Shown here: positions 9,044-19,806 of the stretch, in pieces | How the letters are laid out: each line of letters opens with the position of its first letter | Position numbering within the stretch: the stretch's first letter is position 1 | NCBI GenBank assembly: GCA_016185945.1 | Contig: JACPMR010000015.1 | Coordinates: forward strand, 217,543-281,542 | Origin: Candidatus Woesearchaeota archaeon | GTDB lineage: Archaea > Nanobdellota > Nanobdellia > Woesearchaeales > GW2011-AR4 | Reading direction: 5' to 3' | DNA: 64,000 nt | Notes under the pieces: generated by a model | What the model saw: only the letters and a program-made list of their open reading frames with translations | Databases searched by the model: none | What the model was told of the DNA's origin: nothing | Made by a program: the position numbers and the translations under genes

Positions 9044-10069
9044 TTAAGAAGTATCTGCTAGATGCTTTACAAGCACCTTTGTTTCCTTGTTGTCGAGAAT
9101 ATTGTAAGATAGTGTTATGTCAAATGGCTTTTCAAGGTCTATTCTGTTTGTGTTCAAATCAGCTGTACAAGTCAATGTTCTTTTATTGCTTACTAAAGTC
9201 ACAACTCCTGAGTTTTGTGAGTCCAAGCCGCCGCACTTTATGTTTTCAACAATTGGGTCGCCTGTTGCTGTAATCTCAACCTTAACCTTATTTTCTACTT
9301 CCCTTCTCTTTCTTGCTTCTCTTGGGCAAGCTGCATCAAAGCTGCTTGAAGGGGTAGTGTCGCTTTTGTCCCTGAAAATGTCAAGATTGCCGCTAAGGGT
9401 TATGTCAAAGCTAAATGAAAGCTTATCCTTGCCAATTACGCTTTGTCTTAGGCTTGTTACTTGAACAGGTGCTGATGAGCTATGGACTGTCCTTGATTCC
9501 GTAGGCTTACACAAACTGCCATCTCTAACATTAATCATATCCTTCAATATGCACAATTTTGCATTTGCCCTTGTTTGATAAGCATAGCATACATCTGCCC
9601 TGAATGTGAATTCTGTGTTTCCTGTAAATTTTTTTGGAACAAAATCCTTGTTTTTTGGTATTGTCACAAAAGTTGTTGTTCCTTCTATCTGGTTGCCTTC
9701 TGCATCCATTTTTTTTGGCTCTAAATCGTCGTCTGGCACTTGCTCTGTGATTTCAGAAATTGTTGCGCCAAAGTCTTCAGGGTCAAATCCGACAATGTTT
9801 ACTTTTACATTATTTTTCTCAATTTTAGTTTCGCCTTCGTTCTTCAATTGAACAATAGCTTTGAAACCAAAGCTGGAATCGTCAGTCACTTCAGGCAGTG
9901 GGCTGTCTTTCACGAAGTTTATTGTCAGCCCTGAAGTACCTCCGATAAACGGCTTTCTAGGAGCTCCAGAGGTAGTTGTGCCACTCTGCTTACAGGCTGA
10001 AACTACAAGAACCAAGCATACAAGAAGCGCCAAAACGTAATATCTTTTGCTCATTTTGCCTCTTTCCAT
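9044..10069 (-). CDS. Predicted lipoprotein, paralogue 1 of the surface cluster
   Basis: Lipoprotein-type signal ending VVSA|C; conserved blocks FVKDSPLPEV, ADVCYAYQTRANAKLCI, SAPVQVT. Confidence 0.75.
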   Translation of the reverse strand: MERGKMSKRYYVLALLVCLVLVVSACKQSGTTTSGAPRKPFIGGTSGLTINFVKDSPLPEVTDDSSFGFKAIVQLKNEGETKIEKNNVKVNIVGFDPEDFGATISEITEQVPDDDLEPKKMDAEGNQIEGTTTFVTIPKNKDFVPKKFTGNTEFTFRADVCYAYQTRANAKLCILKDMINVRDGSLCKPTESRTVHSSSAPVQVTSLRQSVIGKDKLSFSFDITLSGNLDIFRDKSDTTPSSSFDAACPREARKRREVENKVKVEITATGDPIVENIKCGGLDSQNSGVVTLVSNKRTLTCTADLNTNRIDLEKPFDITLSYNILDNKETKVLVKHLADTS

Positions 10070-10129
10070 TTATTTATTTTATTTTAATGTTTGTATATAA
10101 AGTTTTTGGTTTGGTGTTTTGATTTAGCG

Positions 10130-11242
10130 TTATGGTGTTATTTTTACTGGTCCTGTTGTTCTATCAAAGCTTTCTTCGCTGCCTACACCTCCTATTGGGC
10201 TTCCGCTTGTTGTGCCTAAAGCGCTTATTTCTTTCTTTATTTGCAGTTTTCTCTCAATTGTGCTTCTGTAACCATAGCTAAGCTGTATAACTAAAGGTGT
10301 CGTATAAGCAGAAATTTTATTGCTGTATTCGCTGCTTGAAAGTTCGCAAATTACAAATCCTTCGCCATTGATAAGTCTTATCAAGCCGCCTGTTCCCTTT
10401 ACATTGCCCTCGGCAAAAGGTCCGCATTGCAAGAGCTTGTCGGCTGCCTTCACAGACATCAGATTTACTTTGTCTATGTCTTCCCTCTCAATTTTTTGTG
10501 TCCCGTGTGGATTGCATTTTTCAAGCGCAGCATCAGCTTTTAGCGCATCTCCGCCTCCTACATTTTTTATTGTTATTCTGAACTGTGTTTTTGTTGCAAA
10601 CGCCTCTTCGTCTATTTTTGTAACTGCGATTGAAGCTCCCTGGTCTGATAAAGTTGTGTCTTGTACTGTGCATACTTTTTTTTCTTTAACCGTAGAATAT
10701 GGATTCGGGTCTATGCACACAGACGGACCTGCTATGGTAAAATAATAATAACAGACAGTAGCAAGTAATGTCGGCTCGTATTTTTCAACATTAAGATTCT
10801 CGGCATTTATTTTGCCTTTGAATGTTAATAAATCTTGCCCCCCGTTTGGATTTATCGAACTCTTCCCTTCAAGTGCTTTTTGGCTTAAATCACTGTCAGT
10901 CTTATCAAAGGTTAATATGTTTGTATCGTATCCACTCAGAAAGACTTTGCCAAATCCTGGCGCTAATCCACTTACCCCCTCATCCGGCTGCGGATAGGCG
11001 CCTTTGTTTTTTAATTCCAAAACAACGTCAAAGCTGTTATCCGCTCCTGGCTCCACATGCAATTTTTCAGGCGGGGCATTTGCCAAGAAATTCATTACAA
11101 TGCCTTCTGTGCCTGCCCTTATTTCGTCTATTGACTTTTGGGTTTTTTTCGTATCTCCTTTTCCTTTTATCTTGCAGCCAGAAGCGGCAATTAGCAGAAC
11201 AAGCACTAAAACAAATATCAGCCTTCTTTTCAAGTTTATCAT
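10130..11242 (-). CDS. Predicted lipoprotein, paralogue 2
   Basis: Signal ending ASG|C; blocks FLANAPPEKL, ATVCYYYFTIAGPSVCID, ASIAVTKI. Confidence 0.75.
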   Translation of the reverse strand: MINLKRRLIFVLVLVLLIAASGCKIKGKGDTKKTQKSIDEIRAGTEGIVMNFLANAPPEKLHVEPGADNSFDVVLELKNKGAYPQPDEGVSGLAPGFGKVFLSGYDTNILTFDKTDSDLSQKALEGKSSINPNGGQDLLTFKGKINAENLNVEKYEPTLLATVCYYYFTIAGPSVCIDPNPYSTVKEKKVCTVQDTTLSDQGASIAVTKIDEEAFATKTQFRITIKNVGGGDALKADAALEKCNPHGTQKIEREDIDKVNLMSVKAADKLLQCGPFAEGNVKGTGGLIRLINGEGFVICELSSSEYSNKISAYTTPLVIQLSYGYRSTIERKLQIKKEISALGTTSGSPIGGVGSEESFDRTTGPVKITP

Positions 11243-11281
11243 TCTTCACTCGAAACTTGAAGTTTTAGTATATAAAACTTT

Positions 11282-12277
11282 TTAATATTTTAGCGGTTTT
11301 TGGATTAGGAAGTTTGTTGTAGTGGTGTGCACATAACCATAGTCTATCTCTACCTTTAGCGGGGCAGTATAAGCATCGGAGTTTCTTGATATGTCTTTTC
11401 CTTTGTAAGTGCACCTGACATAACTTTTTTTATCCCTGAATCTTAAAAATCCTATTGACTTGTCTGCTTTGTCATCTTCATTTGGATTGCATTCAAGTTG
11501 GATTTCAGTGCCTGGCATAGTTGCCTTCAAGAATGCAACATTCCACATTCTTTCATCTTTTGTTTCGGATTGCAGGCAGGCATCCTTGTACTTCTCTGGA
11601 CGAACCGGCACTCCTATTCCTTTGTTCTCAACAAATATCAAGAATTGAGGCATTATGCTATTTTCTTCAGGCACTATAACTGTTTCTATTTTTGTGATTG
11701 CTATTGGAGCTCCCTGGCTGTTAAATATCAAATCCTTTACATTGCACACCTTTTTTCCGGGCCTTATGCCTGGCACGTCTGGGTCTATGCATGTTGTGGT
11801 GCTTAAAGTTGTTTTGTAGGGATAGCATAAGGTTGCTGTTAGTGTAGAAAGCCTTTGCTCGCTTTGCGGCTCAAGCTTCCCTGTTTTACCCTTAAAGGGA
11901 ATTACTATTTCATCACCTTTGATGTTTAGTTCTGTTTTGCCGTCAATGTCAAAACTAGCTATATTCTCTTCGATTGAAGATTTGTGCTTATTGCCCTCAA
12001 CACTTAATTTAGGCACATAATCCCTTTCCCTTATCATATTCAGGTAAGCATTTTTAACATGAAATGCTCCATTGTTTTTTACCCTTAAAACGACAGGGAA
12101 TTCGCTATCCTGCAAAATTTTTGGCGGAGGCGCTCCTTTGACAAACTCTGATGTCAATCCTTCTATGCCAACAAAAACGTCTATAGTTTTGGTTTTAGAT
12201 GAAGAAGTAAGACTAGCTTTGCCGCAGCCTAGAATGAATAATGATAATATGAGCAAAAATAAAAAATTCCTCTTCAT
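11282..12277 (-). CDS. Predicted lipoprotein, paralogue 3
   Basis: Signal ending ILG|C; blocks FVKGAPPPKI, ATLCYPYKTTLSTTTCID, APIAITKI. Confidence 0.75.
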   Translation of the reverse strand: MKRNFLFLLILSLFILGCGKASLTSSSKTKTIDVFVGIEGLTSEFVKGAPPPKILQDSEFPVVLRVKNNGAFHVKNAYLNMIRERDYVPKLSVEGNKHKSSIEENIASFDIDGKTELNIKGDEIVIPFKGKTGKLEPQSEQRLSTLTATLCYPYKTTLSTTTCIDPDVPGIRPGKKVCNVKDLIFNSQGAPIAITKIETVIVPEENSIMPQFLIFVENKGIGVPVRPEKYKDACLQSETKDERMWNVAFLKATMPGTEIQLECNPNEDDKADKSIGFLRFRDKKSYVRCTYKGKDISRNSDAYTAPLKVEIDYGYVHTTTTNFLIQKPLKY

Positions 12278-12281
12278 TTTA

Positions 12282-15227
12282 TTAACCTATTGGAGATTGT
12301 TCTTCAGTTTGTGCTACTTGTGTGCCTGTGTCTGGCTCTAATACAACATTCAATTTTCTGAGGTCGTCTCTTATGCTGTTCATAACGTCAATTACTTTTC
12401 CCGGCCAGTCAGGGTTTGGGTTATATCCTGCTTGCCCAATCTTTCTGATCATTTCTTCTGGAGTATCTTTATATTTCAGTGTACCACTATATCTATCAGT
12501 TTTTGAGATAAGATTACCAAAATCTATTATTGAGTTGCAGTAGTTTGGATATGCTCTATAGCTCCATTCTTTACCGTTTTTATCTTTATATTTCACACAA
12601 CATTTTTCTTTATCAGTAAATGGACAGCGGTTTACGTAATCTTGAGAACATGTAATCCCAAATAGGGCATAATTAACTCTTGCTAAAGCAGATAACTTCC
12701 CAAAGTCTCCACTTTCCAGACGTCCGATTGAAAGTATTACAATAGCAGGAACACCTGTTTGCTGCTCAACATCCTTGAAGCATTGGCCATAACCATACAA
12801 TTCGCTGTTCTTGCTTTTAAAATAATTATCCAAGTCTATTTTAGATGGAAAGTTTGTTGGGAGCAGAGAAGGTGCCTGCCGTGCATATTTATTGCCTTCT
12901 TCATCAGTTATAGTTTCTTTTTCAGAAGCTAGTGCAAAAGGTTGCAAAACAACAATGCTGTAAGATTTATCAAGCAGATAATCATACTTAGCTTTTACTC
13001 TTATAAACTTTGTTGTAATTGGAGCTTTCTCAAGAATTTCTTGTGTCGGCTTTATTCTGCAAAGGAAATCTCTGTTCTTATCAATATCCTTATACCTGTT
13101 TCTAATGCTTGGATTCTCTTTTGAATACAACTTTTTTGTATCTAGTGCATATCCAACATAATCTTCTGCTCCTGTCTCGCCTTTGAACAGAACATTGCAG
13201 TCTTCAACACACTCTTCTTTGGATTTTTTGGCTTGCGGCTTTATCAATTGCTCCTTGCATTGTTTTTCGCAGTCAGTTCCAGACTGACATTCTTGTATGC
13301 AAAACTCATATACCCTATCATTAGTAACATCCACTATTTTATCGCATGACTTTATGCAGTCGTTTACGCCAATCTCTGTGAATGCCACTGGCTTGCAATT
13401 CTCTCCGTCAATTTTAATCTTGTTTGGGACTATAATCCAGAGCTCATTAATCCATAATATCTTGCCCTGCCATTCTCCAACTGGCTTGCCGTCTTTATCT
13501 GTTATCTTGTCCCTGTTCGCCAATCTTATTCCTATAGCAGGGCTTATTGGATCATCGGCTATCGGATCGGCGGATATTGGTATTGGGTGCTGAACATCTA
13601 CGCCAATTTCAACAGGGCCATTTGTAAATACTGTACGCGGGTTTCTATCCGCGATTCCAAATTCTTTTAATGGATCAAGCTCTTCCCTAATCATGGCTCG
13701 CTGTCTTGCCTTGTCTATAAAATATACTTTTTGATAAGCGCTTGTCTCAAAATTATATTCTGCAGACAATGTTAGGGTTTGCGTCCCTACATTAAAAGTG
13801 TCTTTATTGAATGTGCATTCAACGTCCTTGTCCTCAAGGGTAAATACTTCAAATGGCTTGTCTGGGATAATTTTGCCGTCTTTGGCAGTGCCGTCGTTCA
13901 ATAATAATGGTATTCTTTCATTGTTCTTGCTATATCTAAAACAATTAAAACGCACAATGACTGGGTCGCTTAGAGTTCTTGATTTGATAGTGGCCCATAT
14001 AGTAGCTTCTTCATCTTTATAGTATCTTGGTTGCGCTTGCCTCACCCTGTCAAAATAAACCCCTAACGGCTCGAACTGGTTCTTTTCAACAGAACTGAGA
14101 TATAATCCGCCAGTAGCATACTCCAGTTGGCGCTCAATATATTGCCCCAGTGTTTTAACCAGCGCTTGGCTCCTCTCTTTAAGTGCTGGCGACTTCTCAG
14201 CTGGCAGCCAGTCATACCCCAAATAAGCTGATACAGTACCTAGCGAGAATATCAAGAATACTGCAAATATTATAACAGCTGTCCAATTGGCAAAATCATT
14301 AGGAACTTTGCTTCTTACGTAAAATGCAACAGCAAATGTAAGAAATGAGACGTACTTAAAGCCTACCAATAAGTTTTTGAAAAAGTTGTAACCAAAGAAA
14401 TCTGCCATTAATATGCCAATTGTCCAAAGGTACCAGCTTGGTTTTCCTTCTTCTTTCTCCCTTATAAAAAGCACTCCAAAAAGGGTTATAAATCCAAAGT
14501 GCAATATTGCTTTCCATTGGTATATCCAACCGGTGTTAAGCAAAAAAAATGAGTAAACAAAAGTGAATATCAAGAATGCTATGTCGTCAAACGACACAAA
14601 TCCTTCCTTATTCATATTAAATTTGAATACATAAAATAAAACAAATACAATGACCAAACCAATAATCACAAAATAAAGATTAAAGGTGCCAAAATTAAAT
14701 GACTGCCCAAAGATTCTTCCGCCATAATTTATGACAAAAAAAAGTATTAACAGCAGCGCAAAATCAAATTTTTGATTGAAAAACCTGATGATGATGTTAA
14801 AAAATAAAAATGCAACGAAGACAGGTGAAGTAATGATTAAAAGCGCCCAGTTAAATGACACTCCCCACCATGCAAATGTAAACCCGGAGTATGTGCCCCC
14901 TAGCCATTCTTGAGTATCCAGTAAGAAGAATATCAATAGAGAGACTATAACCCAAAAAGTGCCGTCATCCCCCTGTCCTCCAATGTTTATTCCGCCGATT
15001 TTTATGTTTACGGGATTAATTGAACTTCCCCCTCTGCCAGTAGCTTGTTCTTGTTGTGGTGCTTCTTGTTGTGGAGATAACTCCTGCGTTCTTTCATGCA
15101 CTCGCCGCTCTCTTTCTGCAGTTGCAATTCTAGCTCTCGCTTCATCCTCTATAAGAGCTTCTCTCTCCGCTTCTTCAGAGTCTTCAATTCTACCTCTATT
15201 TCTAATCCTATCTAATACCGATGCCAT
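12282..15227 (-). CDS. Polytopic membrane protein with the cluster paralogue domain, a Cys-rich insert and a C-terminal GH73-like glucosaminidase/muramidase domain
   Basis: Roughly 9-10 hydrophobic segments in aa 90-340; AEYNFETSAYQKVYFID resembles the paralogue block. The C-terminus has LESG (Glu838), ALFGIT, YRAYPNYCNSIIDF...DRY and AGYNPNPDW, as in FlgJ/GH73 enzymes. Confidence 0.75.
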   Translation of the reverse strand: MASVLDRIRNRGRIEDSEEAEREALIEDEARARIATAERERRVHERTQELSPQQEAPQQEQATGRGGSSINPVNIKIGGINIGGQGDDGTFWVIVSLLIFFLLDTQEWLGGTYSGFTFAWWGVSFNWALLIITSPVFVAFLFFNIIIRFFNQKFDFALLLILFFVINYGGRIFGQSFNFGTFNLYFVIIGLVIVFVLFYVFKFNMNKEGFVSFDDIAFLIFTFVYSFFLLNTGWIYQWKAILHFGFITLFGVLFIREKEEGKPSWYLWTIGILMADFFGYNFFKNLLVGFKYVSFLTFAVAFYVRSKVPNDFANWTAVIIFAVFLIFSLGTVSAYLGYDWLPAEKSPALKERSQALVKTLGQYIERQLEYATGGLYLSSVEKNQFEPLGVYFDRVRQAQPRYYKDEEATIWATIKSRTLSDPVIVRFNCFRYSKNNERIPLLLNDGTAKDGKIIPDKPFEVFTLEDKDVECTFNKDTFNVGTQTLTLSAEYNFETSAYQKVYFIDKARQRAMIREELDPLKEFGIADRNPRTVFTNGPVEIGVDVQHPIPISADPIADDPISPAIGIRLANRDKITDKDGKPVGEWQGKILWINELWIIVPNKIKIDGENCKPVAFTEIGVNDCIKSCDKIVDVTNDRVYEFCIQECQSGTDCEKQCKEQLIKPQAKKSKEECVEDCNVLFKGETGAEDYVGYALDTKKLYSKENPSIRNRYKDIDKNRDFLCRIKPTQEILEKAPITTKFIRVKAKYDYLLDKSYSIVVLQPFALASEKETITDEEGNKYARQAPSLLPTNFPSKIDLDNYFKSKNSELYGYGQCFKDVEQQTGVPAIVILSIGRLESGDFGKLSALARVNYALFGITCSQDYVNRCPFTDKEKCCVKYKDKNGKEWSYRAYPNYCNSIIDFGNLISKTDRYSGTLKYKDTPEEMIRKIGQAGYNPNPDWPGKVIDVMNSIRDDLRKLNVVLEPDTGTQVAQTEEQSPIG

Positions 15228-15331
15228 TTTTCAATTGCTGGATTTCTTATTTTAGTGAAATATCTAAAAGAACTCTTCCAGTTCACCTCTTCTTTTTGAA
15301 CAAGCTGAAACAAATAAAGTAAGCATTATAA

Positions 15332-16504
15332 TTATGTTAATTCCACTTTTAATTCCACTACTTCCATGTCTTCAAGCGGCTCGAGCCTTACAAAATTGTT
15401 GCCTTCTGATATTTTGTTGCCTATATTTTTTGAAAAAGATGACTTGTCAGTCTCAATTGTTTCTATATGTCCATTCACATCAAGCTTGGCTCTTTTCTGC
15501 TTTTTGTCGTCAGCAAACTTAATTGTCAGGACTATATCCTCATTGTCATTTCTTATCTGCTTGAAGGCGTCTGAACTTATTTCAAAGTAATATGTTTTTA
15601 CAGCGGGCTCTTTGAATTCAAGCGATATTCTTATCTGCTCCACGCTGTAGCTTCCCTTATTTGTCTTAAAAACAATATTGTTTTCACCTTCATTCAAAGC
15701 GCTTTTTGGTACGCTCTGCCTATAGGAGTTATCGCAAACGGGAACCGAGGAAAACATTTTTTTATTATTCACAAATATGTTTAGAGCTCCCAGATCGTTG
15801 ACATTGCCGCAGTACGGAATAAATCTAAGCGTTGCTTTGTCCATGCTTGCAAACTCCGAATCGCTTAATGTGAAAATATTGGAGCTTTCCTGCCTGCTTG
15901 TGTCAGTTATATCGCCTATGATTTTTATATTCTCAAAGCTGTACTCGTTTGTTGTCCAGAATTTAAGTCCTATAGAGGAGACGCTGAACTCGAGGGAGTT
16001 TGCCTTTTGAAGCAATTTTTTATCAAGTTTTACCGGCTCTGTAATGTCGCTTGCAACTTCATTCTCAAAAATTACAACGCCGTTCATCTTTATGGCCAGA
16101 ATGCCTTGTCTTTTTTTTGCTGTGAATGTAAGAACAACATTGTCTGTGTTATCTGGATCTTCAAGATTAAAGTCAACCTTTTTGCTCTTTTTGTCAAACC
16201 ATCCGTTCCTTGCAATAAAGGGGTTGATATTTTCCAGTTCCTTTGCATTAGTTGTCTCAACAAGGAACACATTGGAGATGATTTTTTCATTTTCCAGATT
16301 TTTTGAGATGCTTAGCGTTCCAGGGGCAGCTCTCAGCAAAACATTTGACTTTTCCTCGCCAGTTATTGTCTTTGCCGGTTTTTCCTCTATCAATCTTTCC
16401 CTTTCAGATGTTGGCAAAAATATGATATAAAGGATTATCAAGCCTGCTATTATGGCTATCAAAACAGCGGCGTTTAAGCCGCCTTGGGACTTTTTTTGCA
16501 TCAT
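15332..16504 (-). CDS. Surface protein with class III (prepilin-like) signal peptide and repeated beta-rich domains
   Basis: MMQKKSQ followed by GGLNAAVLIAIIAGLIILYIIFLP; the remainder is beta-strand rich with internal similarity. Confidence 0.65.
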   Translation of the reverse strand: MMQKKSQGGLNAAVLIAIIAGLIILYIIFLPTSERERLIEEKPAKTITGEEKSNVLLRAAPGTLSISKNLENEKIISNVFLVETTNAKELENINPFIARNGWFDKKSKKVDFNLEDPDNTDNVVLTFTAKKRQGILAIKMNGVVIFENEVASDITEPVKLDKKLLQKANSLEFSVSSIGLKFWTTNEYSFENIKIIGDITDTSRQESSNIFTLSDSEFASMDKATLRFIPYCGNVNDLGALNIFVNNKKMFSSVPVCDNSYRQSVPKSALNEGENNIVFKTNKGSYSVEQIRISLEFKEPAVKTYYFEISSDAFKQIRNDNEDIVLTIKFADDKKQKRAKLDVNGHIETIETDKSSFSKNIGNKISEGNNFVRLEPLEDMEVVELKVELT

Positions 16505-16580
16505 GATACCTTTTTTAACTACAATTGTGTAAAGAAATTAACATAAACATATTTAAATGTTTTTATTTTAGTGTTTAGCT

Positions 16581-17645
16581 ATGAAATTATTGCATTCCAA
16601 CCTGAAAAAAGGCGAGATTAAAGTACTTACCCAGAACCTTGACGATTTGTGGTATTTAAGCACGTTGATTGAGCCAAATGACATAGCGCAGGGAAAAACC
16701 TTGAGAAAGATCAAAGCTGGCTCTAGCGAAGAAAGGGCAAAAGAAGCCATAAAAAAACCTGTTTTTATCAAGATTCAAGTTGAAAAGGTTGAGTTCAGCA
16801 AGCACACAAATGTGTTGAGAGTTTCTGGAGTCATAAAGGAAGCCCCTGAGGAAGTGCCTCTTGGAGAGCACCATACCTTTAGCATTGACGAGAATACAGC
16901 AATAGCCATAATAAAAGAAAATTGGCTTAAATATCAATTAGACAAATTAAAGGAAGCGTGTGCTGAAAAAAGATCGGCTTTGCTGATATGCGTGCATGAC
17001 AGGGAAGAAGCGTATTTTGCACTGTTCAAGAAGTATGGCTATGAAATCTTAACGCATATCCAGGGAGAAGTCCAAAAAAAGCGGGAAGAAAACATAAAGA
17101 AAGAAAATTTCTACTTGATTATTATAAACAAACTGAAAGAATATGTTGAGAGGTACAGAATAAAACAAATAATTCTGGCAAGCCCAGCCTTCTGGAAGGA
17201 AGATTTGATGAAGGAATTGAAAGATAATGAACTGAAGCAAAAAATACTACTTGCAACCTGCTCATCAGCAACAAAAAACGGAATTGAGGAAGTTATAAAA
17301 AGGCCTGAGGTTAGAGAAGCACTGAAGCAGGAGAGAACAGCAAAGGAAATCAACAAAGTTGAGGAACTATTAGTAGAAATTGCAAAAAGCAATCTTGCGG
17401 TGTATGGATTGAAAGAGACTCAAAATGCTGCATTAATGGGTGCTGTGAAAGAATTGCTGATAACCGACAATTTTATACAAAAATCAAGAATGAAAAATTT
17501 TTATATGGAAGTTGAAAATATGATGAAATCAGTTGACAAGACAAAAGGCGAGGTCGAGGTTATAAGCTCGGAGCACGAAGGCGGCAAAAAGCTTGATGGA
17601 TTGGGAGGAATTGCTGCCATATTGAGGTTTAAGTTGAACTATTGA
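16581..17645 (+). CDS. pelA: Pelota/Dom34 mRNA surveillance protein
   Basis: DDLWYL, GEHHTF, eRF1-like domains, C-terminal LDGLGGIAAILRF. Confidence 0.95.
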   Translation: MKLLHSNLKKGEIKVLTQNLDDLWYLSTLIEPNDIAQGKTLRKIKAGSSEERAKEAIKKPVFIKIQVEKVEFSKHTNVLRVSGVIKEAPEEVPLGEHHTFSIDENTAIAIIKENWLKYQLDKLKEACAEKRSALLICVHDREEAYFALFKKYGYEILTHIQGEVQKKREENIKKENFYLIIINKLKEYVERYRIKQIILASPAFWKEDLMKELKDNELKQKILLATCSSATKNGIEEVIKRPEVREALKQERTAKEINKVEELLVEIAKSNLAVYGLKETQNAALMGAVKELLITDNFIQKSRMKNFYMEVENMMKSVDKTKGEVEVISSEHEGGKKLDGLGGIAAILRFKLNY

Positions 17646-17688
17646 GATACTTTAAAATAACGAAATTAATGATAAAAGAGGTGCATAG

Positions 17689-19641
17689 ATGGCAGAATTT
17701 ATTGACTCTATTCTAAAAGAGCACAGAATATTCTATCCAAGCGACGAGTTCAGCAGAAAATCATATATCAAGCATATGAAAGAGTATTCTAAGATTTACA
17801 AAAAATCCATTGAAAATCCTGAGGCGTTCTGGGCGGATAAGGCAAATGGACTTGAGTGGATTAAGAAATGGGATATTGTATTAAGAAATGACATGGGATT
17901 TTTCAAGTGGTTTGAAGGCGGCTATCTTAATGTTAGTTATAATTGCCTTGACAGAATTGTTAAAGCCGGCAAAAAGGACAAAATAGCATTAATCTGGGAG
18001 CCAGAGTCAGGAGAGGAAAAAACTTATACTTATGGGCAATTGCTAAAAGAGGTCTGTAAATTTACAAATGTGCTGAAGAAATTCGGGGTAAAAAGAGGGC
18101 ATATTGTTGAGATATACTTGCCAATGATTCCTGAGCTGCCCATTGCGATGCTTGCATGCGCAAGAATTGGAGCCATACATTCTGTTGTGTTTGCTGGGTT
18201 CAGTTCTGATGCATTGAAAGACAGGATACAGGATTCAAAAGCAGAGTTATTGATCACAGCAGACGGCAGTTTTAGGAACGGCAAGATATTTCCGCTAAAA
18301 GACAATGCTGACGCTGCCTTGAAGGAATGCCCAACGATACAGAAAGTTGTTGTGGTAAAAAGGGCAGATAACAGCATTTACATGCAAGAAGGCAGAGATT
18401 TTTGGTGGCATGACTTAATGAATAAAAAAAATATAGCAGATTTTTGCGAGCCTGAAAGCATGCATGCTGAAGAGTCATTGTTTATTCTTTATACAAGCGG
18501 AACAACAGGCAAGCCAAAGGGAATACTGCACACGCAAGCTGGTTATCTGCTTTTTTCTTACTTGACGTTCAAATGGGTTTTTGACATTAAAGATAATGAT
18601 ATTTACTTCTGCACAGCAGATATTGGATGGATTACAGGACATAGCTATATTGTTTATGGACCTTTGTCAAATGGCGCGACTGTTGTGATGTATGAAGGGA
18701 GTCCTACTTACCCAAATCCTGACAGGTTCTGGAGGATTATTGAGAAATACAGAGTAACAATTTTTTACACAGCACCAACTGCAATAAGGGCATTGGCAAA
18801 AGAAGGTGATAGTTGGCCAAACAATTGCAATCTGAAAAGTTTACGATTGCTCGGCACTGTTGGAGAGCCAATAAATCCAGAAGCTTGGATGTGGTATTAC
18901 AATGCTATAGGAAAGGGGAGATGTCCTATTGTGGACACGTGGTGGCAGACAGAGACTGGTGGAATTTTGATAACTCCGCTGCCGGGGGCAACTCCATTGA
19001 AGCCAGGCTCTGCCACAAAACCATTTTTTGGCATAATAGCTGATGTCCTTAGAGAAGATGGAAGCAAAGCAAATGTAAATGAAGGCGGCTATTTGGTAAT
19101 CAGAAATGCTTGGCCTGGGATGCTAAGAACAATTTGGAATGATCCGCAAAGATACAAGGAAGCGTATTTTGAAAAATTTGGAGTTTATCTGACTGGGGAC
19201 AGCGCAAGAATTGATGAAGATGGCTATTTTTGGATTATGGGCAGGGTTGACGATGTGATTAAAGTTGCGGGGCACAGGATTGGAAGCGCAGAGGTTGAAA
19301 GCTCTCTGGTAAGCCATAAAGCTGTTGCAGAGGCTGCTGTTGTGCCGTTCCCGCATGAAATAAAAGGGCAGGCGATATATGCATTTGTTGTTTTGAAGAA
19401 AGGAGTAAAAAACAATGAGAATCTAAAAGAAGAGCTAAGACAGCATGTCGCCAATAGCGTAGGGCCGATTGCAAAACCCGACAAGATACAGTTTGCAGAT
19501 GACTTGCCAAAGACAAGAAGCGGCAAGATAATGAGAAGAATTCTGAAGGCGATAGCAGAAGGAGGTAAAGATTATGGCAACATAGCTACATTGGCTGATC
19601 CAGGCATTGTTGAGGTTCTTGTAAGGAGTAGGGTGAAATGA
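17689..19641 (+). CDS. acs: Acetyl-CoA synthetase (AMP-forming)
   Basis: [39 protein letters not shown]. Confidence 0.96.
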   Translation: MAEFIDSILKEHRIFYPSDEFSRKSYIKHMKEYSKIYKKSIENPEAFWADKANGLEWIKKWDIVLRNDMGFFKWFEGGYLNVSYNCLDRIVKAGKKDKIALIWEPESGEEKTYTYGQLLKEVCKFTNVLKKFGVKRGHIVEIYLPMIPELPIAMLACARIGAIHSVVFAGFSSDALKDRIQDSKAELLITADGSFRNGKIFPLKDNADAALKECPTIQKVVVVKRADNSIYMQEGRDFWWHDLMNKKNIADFCEPESMHAEESLFILYTSGTTGKPKGILHTQAGYLLFSYLTFKWVFDIKDNDIYFCTADIGWITGHSYIVYGPLSNGATVVMYEGSPTYPNPDRFWRIIEKYRVTIFYTAPTAIRALAKEGDSWPNNCNLKSLRLLGTVGEPINPEAWMWYYNAIGKGRCPIVDTWWQTETGGILITPLPGATPLKPGSATKPFFGIIADVLREDGSKANVNEGGYLVIRNAWPGMLRTIWNDPQRYKEAYFEKFGVYLTGDSARIDEDGYFWIMGRVDDVIKVAGHRIGSAEVESSLVSHKAVAEAAVVPFPHEIKGQAIYAFVVLKKGVKNNENLKEELRQHVANSVGPIAKPDKIQFADDLPKTRSGKIMRRILKAIAEGGKDYGNIATLADPGIVEVLVRSRVK

Positions 19642-19787
19642 TAAGAATCACAACATACAAAATAAATTTTAAATAAATCAAAAATAAAACACTATGTGAC
19701 TCAATAAGAGCAATAGTTATATGGATCAGAATGATTGTATTGTTGGCTGAGTTTTTAAATTATAAATGTAATAATATACCTATATTT

Positions 19788-19806
19788 TTCCGCAACATTT
19801 AAATAT
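19788..19806 (+). promoter_or_regulatory. BRE-TATA promoter upstream of trmB
   Basis: Identical 19-mer to 7670-7688. Confidence 0.65.
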
